Below are positions 59,898 through 64,000 of a stretch of 64,000 nt of DNA, piece by piece (the first letter of the stretch is position 1; each line of letters starts with the position of its first letter). A program made the translations under genes and the position numbers. Below the pieces are notes generated by a model. The model was not told where the DNA came from, ran no database searches, and saw only the letters and a list, made by a program, of their open reading frames with translations. The stretch spans positions 1-64,000 of the forward strand of contig CAWDRG010000010.1 of assembly GCA_963804645.1 (NCBI GenBank), given 5' to 3'. This DNA comes from an uncultured Bacillota bacterium (GTDB lineage: Bacteria; Sysuimicrobiota; Sysuimicrobiia; Sysuimicrobiales; Segetimicrobiaceae).

Positions 59898-60052
59898 CAA
59901 CCTGTTCGCGCCCGTCCTAGCACAGCCGGCTCCGGCAGCCTGCGCGCGAGAGGGATGCTCTGGGCCTGACCAGAACCAAAATCGGCGGCACGACACCGCC
60001 GCCCGCGGTCCGCTCGGGCGCCGCCCGGCGGATCTGCAAGGAGGATGCGCAG

Positions 60053-62158
60053 ATGGCTAAAGCCCACGAACGTGAGGTCCCGACCGAGGTAACCGAGGCG
60101 GAGATCGCCGTCCACTGGCGGGAAGAAGAGCTCTACCGCCCCTCGCCCAAGTTCATCGCCCAGGCGAACCTGGCGGATCCCGCCGTCGTCGAGCGCTTCG
60201 CCCCCGAGCGCTTCCCCGAGTGCTTCCGCGAGTACGCGGACCTCCTGTCCTGGGACCGCTACTGGCACACGACGCTCGACACCTCCGACGCACCGTTCTG
60301 GAAATGGTTCGTCGGAGGCAAATTGAACGTGTCCTACAACTGCGTCGACCGCCATCTCGCGCAGTACAAGAACAAAGCCGCGTTCATCTTCGTCCCCGAG
60401 CCCGAGGACGCGCCCCACGAGGTGCTCACCTACCAGGAGCTGTACGTGCGCGTCAACGAGGTCGCGGCGCTGCTGCGGGACTTCGCGGGCCTCAAGGCCG
60501 GCGACCGCGTCACGCTGCATCTGCCGATGACGCCGGAGCTGCCGATCACGATGCTGGCGTGCGCGCGGCTCGGCGTCATCCACTCGGTTGTGTTCGGCGG
60601 CTTCAGCGGTGAAGCGTGCGGCCTCCGCGCCGCCGACTCCGGCAGCCGCGTGCTCATCACCATGGACGGCTACTACCGGAACGGCAAGCTGCTCGATCAC
60701 AAGGCGAACGCGGACATCGCGGTCGCCGCCGCCGCCAAAGAGGGCCAGACGATCGACAAGGTGCTGGTGTGGCGCCGGCTCCGGGACCGCGGCGCGTCGG
60801 AGACGCCGATGGTGGCGGGGCGCGACCACATCATGAACGACGTGCTCAAGGCGTACGCCGGCCGGCGCGTCGAGCCGGTCTCGATGGACGCGGAAGCGCC
60901 GCTGTTTCTCATGTACACGAGCGGGACGACCGGCCGGCCGAAGGGCTGCCAGCACCGCACCGGCGGCTACCTCGCGTACGTCGCGGGCACGTCCAAGTAC
61001 ATCCAGGACATCCACCCCACCGACGTGTACTGGTGCTTCGCCGACATCGGCTGGATCACGGGGCACTCGTACATCGTCTACGGGCCGCTGGCGCTCGCGG
61101 CCACTGGCGTCCTGTATGAAGGCGTGCCCACCTATCCCGACGCGGGCCGGCCGTGGCGGATCGCGCAGCAGCTCGACGTCAACATCTTCCACACCTCGCC
61201 CACGACGATCCGGATGCTGCGCAAGGTCGGCCCGGACGAACCCAAGAAGTACGCGTACCACTTCAAGTGCATGACGACGGTCGGCGAACCGATCGAGCCG
61301 GAGGCGTGGCGCTGGTACTATGACACGGTCGGCAAGGGCGAGGCCGCGATCACCGACACGTGGTGGCAGACGGAGAACGGCGGCTTTCTGATCAGCACGA
61401 AGCCGGCGCTCGATCCGATGAAGCCCGGCAGCGCCGGTCCCGCGATGCCCGGCATCTACCCGGTGATCTACGACGAAACCGGGAAGGAGATCCCGGCGGG
61501 TTCGAACAAGGCGGGCAACATCTGCATCCGCAACCCCTGGCCGGGGATCATGCAGACGATCTGGGGCGACCGCGACCGGTACGTCCGCCAGTACTTCGAG
61601 AAGTACAACCGCGCCAAGGCCAGCAAAGACTGGCGGGACTGGCCGTACTTCGCCGGGGACGGCGCGATGCAGGCCGCAGACGGCTACTACCGCATCCTCG
61701 GCCGCGTCGACGACGTGATCAACGTCGCGGGCCACCGCCTCGGCACGAAGGAGATCGAGTCCGCGTGCCTCACGGTCCCGGAGATCGCGGAGGCCGCCGT
61801 CGTGCCGGTGGTCGACGAACTCAGGGGCCGCGTCCCCGAAGTCTACGTCTCACTCCGGCCGGGCATCGCGCCGAGCCGCGAGATCGAGGAGAAGGTGGTG
61901 CGCGCGATCGAGACCTCGATCAGCAAGATCGCGCGGCCGAAGGCGGTGCACATCGTCGCCGACATGCCGAAGACCCGCTCGGGCAAGATCATGCGCCGGA
62001 TCCTCGCCGCGATCTCGAACACGATGGACACCGGCGACACCACGACGCTCGCGAACCCCGATATCGTCGAGCAGATCCGCCAGTCCGTGCAGGGCGCGGC
62101 GCCGGTCGCGACCAAGTCGGCGCCGGAGGACATCAAGCGGTTCGGGGACGAGCGGTAG
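60053..62158 (+). CDS. acs: Acetate--CoA ligase
   Basis: WFVGGKLN.SYNC.DRH, YTSGTTGRPKG, DTWWQTE, PKTRSGKIMRR, GDTTTLANP. Confidence 0.95.
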   Translation: MAKAHEREVPTEVTEAEIAVHWREEELYRPSPKFIAQANLADPAVVERFAPERFPECFREYADLLSWDRYWHTTLDTSDAPFWKWFVGGKLNVSYNCVDRHLAQYKNKAAFIFVPEPEDAPHEVLTYQELYVRVNEVAALLRDFAGLKAGDRVTLHLPMTPELPITMLACARLGVIHSVVFGGFSGEACGLRAADSGSRVLITMDGYYRNGKLLDHKANADIAVAAAAKEGQTIDKVLVWRRLRDRGASETPMVAGRDHIMNDVLKAYAGRRVEPVSMDAEAPLFLMYTSGTTGRPKGCQHRTGGYLAYVAGTSKYIQDIHPTDVYWCFADIGWITGHSYIVYGPLALAATGVLYEGVPTYPDAGRPWRIAQQLDVNIFHTSPTTIRMLRKVGPDEPKKYAYHFKCMTTVGEPIEPEAWRWYYDTVGKGEAAITDTWWQTENGGFLISTKPALDPMKPGSAGPAMPGIYPVIYDETGKEIPAGSNKAGNICIRNPWPGIMQTIWGDRDRYVRQYFEKYNRAKASKDWRDWPYFAGDGAMQAADGYYRILGRVDDVINVAGHRLGTKEIESACLTVPEIAEAAVVPVVDELRGRVPEVYVSLRPGIAPSREIEEKVVRAIETSISKIARPKAVHIVADMPKTRSGKIMRRILAAISNTMDTGDTTTLANPDIVEQIRQSVQGAAPVATKSAPEDIKRFGDER

Positions 62159-62186
62159 CCGCCGGATCCGCAGCGGCCCGAGACAG

Positions 62187-62217
62187 CGGGGCGGGACGGC
62201 CTCGCCGTCCCGCCCCG
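62187..62217. terminator. 14-bp hairpin between convergent acs and the secreted pair
   Basis: CGGGGCGGGACGGC-CTC-GCCGTCCCGCCCCG. Confidence 0.7.
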
Positions 62218-62221
62218 ACCG

Positions 62222-62644
62222 TTACTTCTTCATGTTGCCGATTACGCTGTTCGTGGTCGCCTGCGTCGCTTTGAGGAGGTGGCTGAAGGTCTCCTCGAAC
62301 TGATCCTTCTGCTGCATCGCCTCCTGCAGCACCAGCTGGTCCTGCGTGGAGAGGTCCGCGAGCGACGAGATCTGCTGCATGAGGACCGACTGCGACACCC
62401 CGGGCGTGGCGGCGAGCTTCGCGACCGACGCGATCCGGCCGTTCAGCGTCCGGAACGCCGCGAGCTGTTTGCTGTCGATGGCCGTCATAGTCGCGTGGAG
62501 GCGCTCGAGCTGCGCAAGATTGGTCGACACGTCGTTCAGCGTCCGCAGGGTCGCCGAGGAGTCGACGGCGGCCCGGGATCCGGCGGCGAACGGCCCCAGG
62601 GCCGTCCCGATCGTAAGCAGCACCACCCCCAGCGATCTCAGCAT
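62222..62644 (-). CDS. Secreted helical hypothetical protein with needle/filament-like C-terminus (paralog B)
   Basis: GGGAGG RBS, signal peptide MLRSLGVVLLTIGTALGPFAAG, C-terminal LQEAMQQ...SHLLK....T..VIGNMKK. Confidence 0.8.
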   Translation of the reverse strand: MLRSLGVVLLTIGTALGPFAAGSRAAVDSSATLRTLNDVSTNLAQLERLHATMTAIDSKQLAAFRTLNGRIASVAKLAATPGVSQSVLMQQISSLADLSTQDQLVLQEAMQQKDQFEETFSHLLKATQATTNSVIGNMKK

Positions 62645-62672
62645 CGCAGCGCCTCCCATGCGACCCCGGCCG

Positions 62673-63140
62673 TCATTTCATGTTCGCGAGAATCCGTTTC
62701 ATCGTGTCATACCTCGACTTCAGCACGTTGCTCAGCACCGTGTACTGGCGCGAGTCGTTCTGCATCTGCTCCTGCAGCTGCAGGTACTGCAGATTGAAGC
62801 TCATCTGCGTCTGCTGCATCTGCTGGGTCGCCTGCATCAGATCGGTCGAGCTCCCCGAGGACCTTCCTGAGGACACCCCCGACGACGCGGCCAGCTTCGA
62901 GACCGACGCGACCTTGGCGCTCAGCGTCTCGTACAGCGTGGCCATCTTGCCGTGCAGCGCCATCATGTCCGCGTGCAGGCGGTCGAGCTGCGCGGCGGTG
63001 GCGGCCACGTCGTTGAATGCCTGCATCGCGTCCCGCTGCGCGGGCGAGGATTCCACGGCCCCTCCGGGCCCGGCGGCGAACGGAGCCAGGACCGTCCCGA
63101 CCGCCAGCAGCACGACCCCCAGCATCCTCACGATGCGCAT
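62673..63140 (-). CDS. Secreted helical hypothetical protein with needle/filament-like C-terminus (paralog A)
   Basis: Signal peptide MRIVRMLGVVLLAVGTVLAPFAAG; C-terminal LQLQEQMQNDSRQYTVLSNVLKSRYDTMKRILANMK. Confidence 0.8.
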   Translation of the reverse strand: MRIVRMLGVVLLAVGTVLAPFAAGPGGAVESSPAQRDAMQAFNDVAATAAQLDRLHADMMALHGKMATLYETLSAKVASVSKLAASSGVSSGRSSGSSTDLMQATQQMQQTQMSFNLQYLQLQEQMQNDSRQYTVLSNVLKSRYDTMKRILANMK

Positions 63141-63203
63141 CGCCCATCCCCCCGGCGGGCCCGCCCGCCCCGTCCTGGTCCGGATGCCGGGCCCGGCCCG
63201 GGT

Positions 63204-64000
63204 CTAGGCCAAGCTCAGTTCGTCTCCGATGCCGCGCGCAAGCGCGTGCTCGTACGCGAGCTTGGCGCTCGCGACGTCCTCCACCGCGAGCCCGAGGGAC
63301 TCGAACAGCGTGATCTCGTCGGCCTCGGTCCGCCCGGGGTGGCCGCCCGCGAACACTTCGCCGATCTCCGCCCGGATGTGCGACGGGCTGAGCGCGTTCA
63401 TCCCGATCGGCACGACCAGATCGCCGGCCTCCGCGAGCGCGCTCTGCCGGCTGTCGACGAACACCCGGCACCGGCGGACGGCGTCGGTATCGAGCTCGCG
63501 CCAGTCCGGCAGGCACGCGCCGACGGCGTTGATGTGCATCCCCGGCTCGAGCCACTCGCCCTCAAGCACCGGGGTGCGGCTCGACGTCACGGTGCAGATC
63601 ACGTCGGCCCCGCGCACGGCGTCGCGCGGCGACCGCACCGCCGAGACGTTCAAGCCGAGCCGCTCCCGCATCTCTCCCGCGAACCGGTCGGCGCGCTCGG
63701 TCGTGCGGCTCCACACGCGCACGTCCTCGACCGGCCGCACCTCGCGCATCGCCTCGAGGTGGCTGTGCGCCTGCACGCCGGCGCCGAGCAGCGCGAGCGT
63801 GCGGCCCGTCCGCGCGGACAGCGCCGCCGTCGCCGCCGCGGACGTCGCCGCGGTCCGCATCTCCGTGATAAGCCGGCCGTCGAGCAGCGCGCGCAGCGCG
63901 CCGGTCTCGGCGTCGAGCAGCAGGATCGTCGCGAGGTGCGTCGGCAGATCGCGGGCGGCGTTTCCGGGGTACACGGTCACGGCCTTGAGCCCGACCGCCT
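63204..64000 (-). CDS. Ornithine cyclodeaminase / mu-crystallin family protein (5' end outside window)
   Basis: T.MRTAA, GAGVQA, ADVICTVT, HINAVG, SLGLAVED. Confidence 0.9.
   Translation of the reverse strand, partial: AVGLKAVTVYPGNAARDLPTHLATILLLDAETGALRALLDGRLITEMRTAATSAAATAALSARTGRTLALLGAGVQAHSHLEAMREVRPVEDVRVWSRTTERADRFAGEMRERLGLNVSAVRSPRDAVRGADVICTVTSSRTPVLEGEWLEPGMHINAVGACLPDWRELDTDAVRRCRVFVDSRQSALAEAGDLVVPIGMNALSPSHIRAEIGEVFAGGHPGRTEADEITLFESLGLAVEDVASAKLAYEHALARGIGDELSLA

Noticed and set aside
1..64000. CRISPR arrays, IS elements, prophage or defence systems
   Set aside because: No regularly spaced repeats, transposases, integrases or known defence motifs seen; the YkuK RNase H-like gene and CPBP protease are common stand-alone genes

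Overview
High-GC bacterial chromosome segment. The Bacillus-type large SRP RNA and extended -10 promoters suggest a Terrabacteria-type lineage, but the taxon cannot be fixed from this window. No transposase, integrase, phage gene or CRISPR array was seen. Left end (1-4.5 kb): 8-oxoG glycosylase, a lower-GC GT32 glycosyltransferase, a selenocysteine-containing SelD (in-frame TGA missed by the ORF track) divergent from a LysR regulator, and a Cys-phosphatase. From 4.6 to 36.7 kb lies a large uptake/catabolic region. It has three ABC importer loci, all without ATPases and two with tandemly duplicated binding proteins, plus RpiR, a fused hydantoinase/oxoprolinase A+B, two amidohydrolases, an aminotransferase, two Gfo/Idh/MocA oxidoreductases (one frameshifted), an LVIVD protein, three double-Dabb paralogs and a SnoaL-like protein. 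From 37 to 64 kb are mostly core genes: class V aminotransferase-serS behind a T-box-like structured leader, leuCD, YkuK, CapA, ffs-dnaX-ybaB-recR, acyl-CoA ligase, tRNA-Ser(GGA)-lepB, form II coxSLM, AlkA-like glycosylase, M24 peptidase, acs and a partial ornithine cyclodeaminase. Most notable: a pair of signal-peptide-bearing paralogs whose C-termini resemble type III needle/filament subunits (62.2-63.1 kb), an atypical T-box-like attenuator, the Dabb triplet, and several small gene remnants at junctions.
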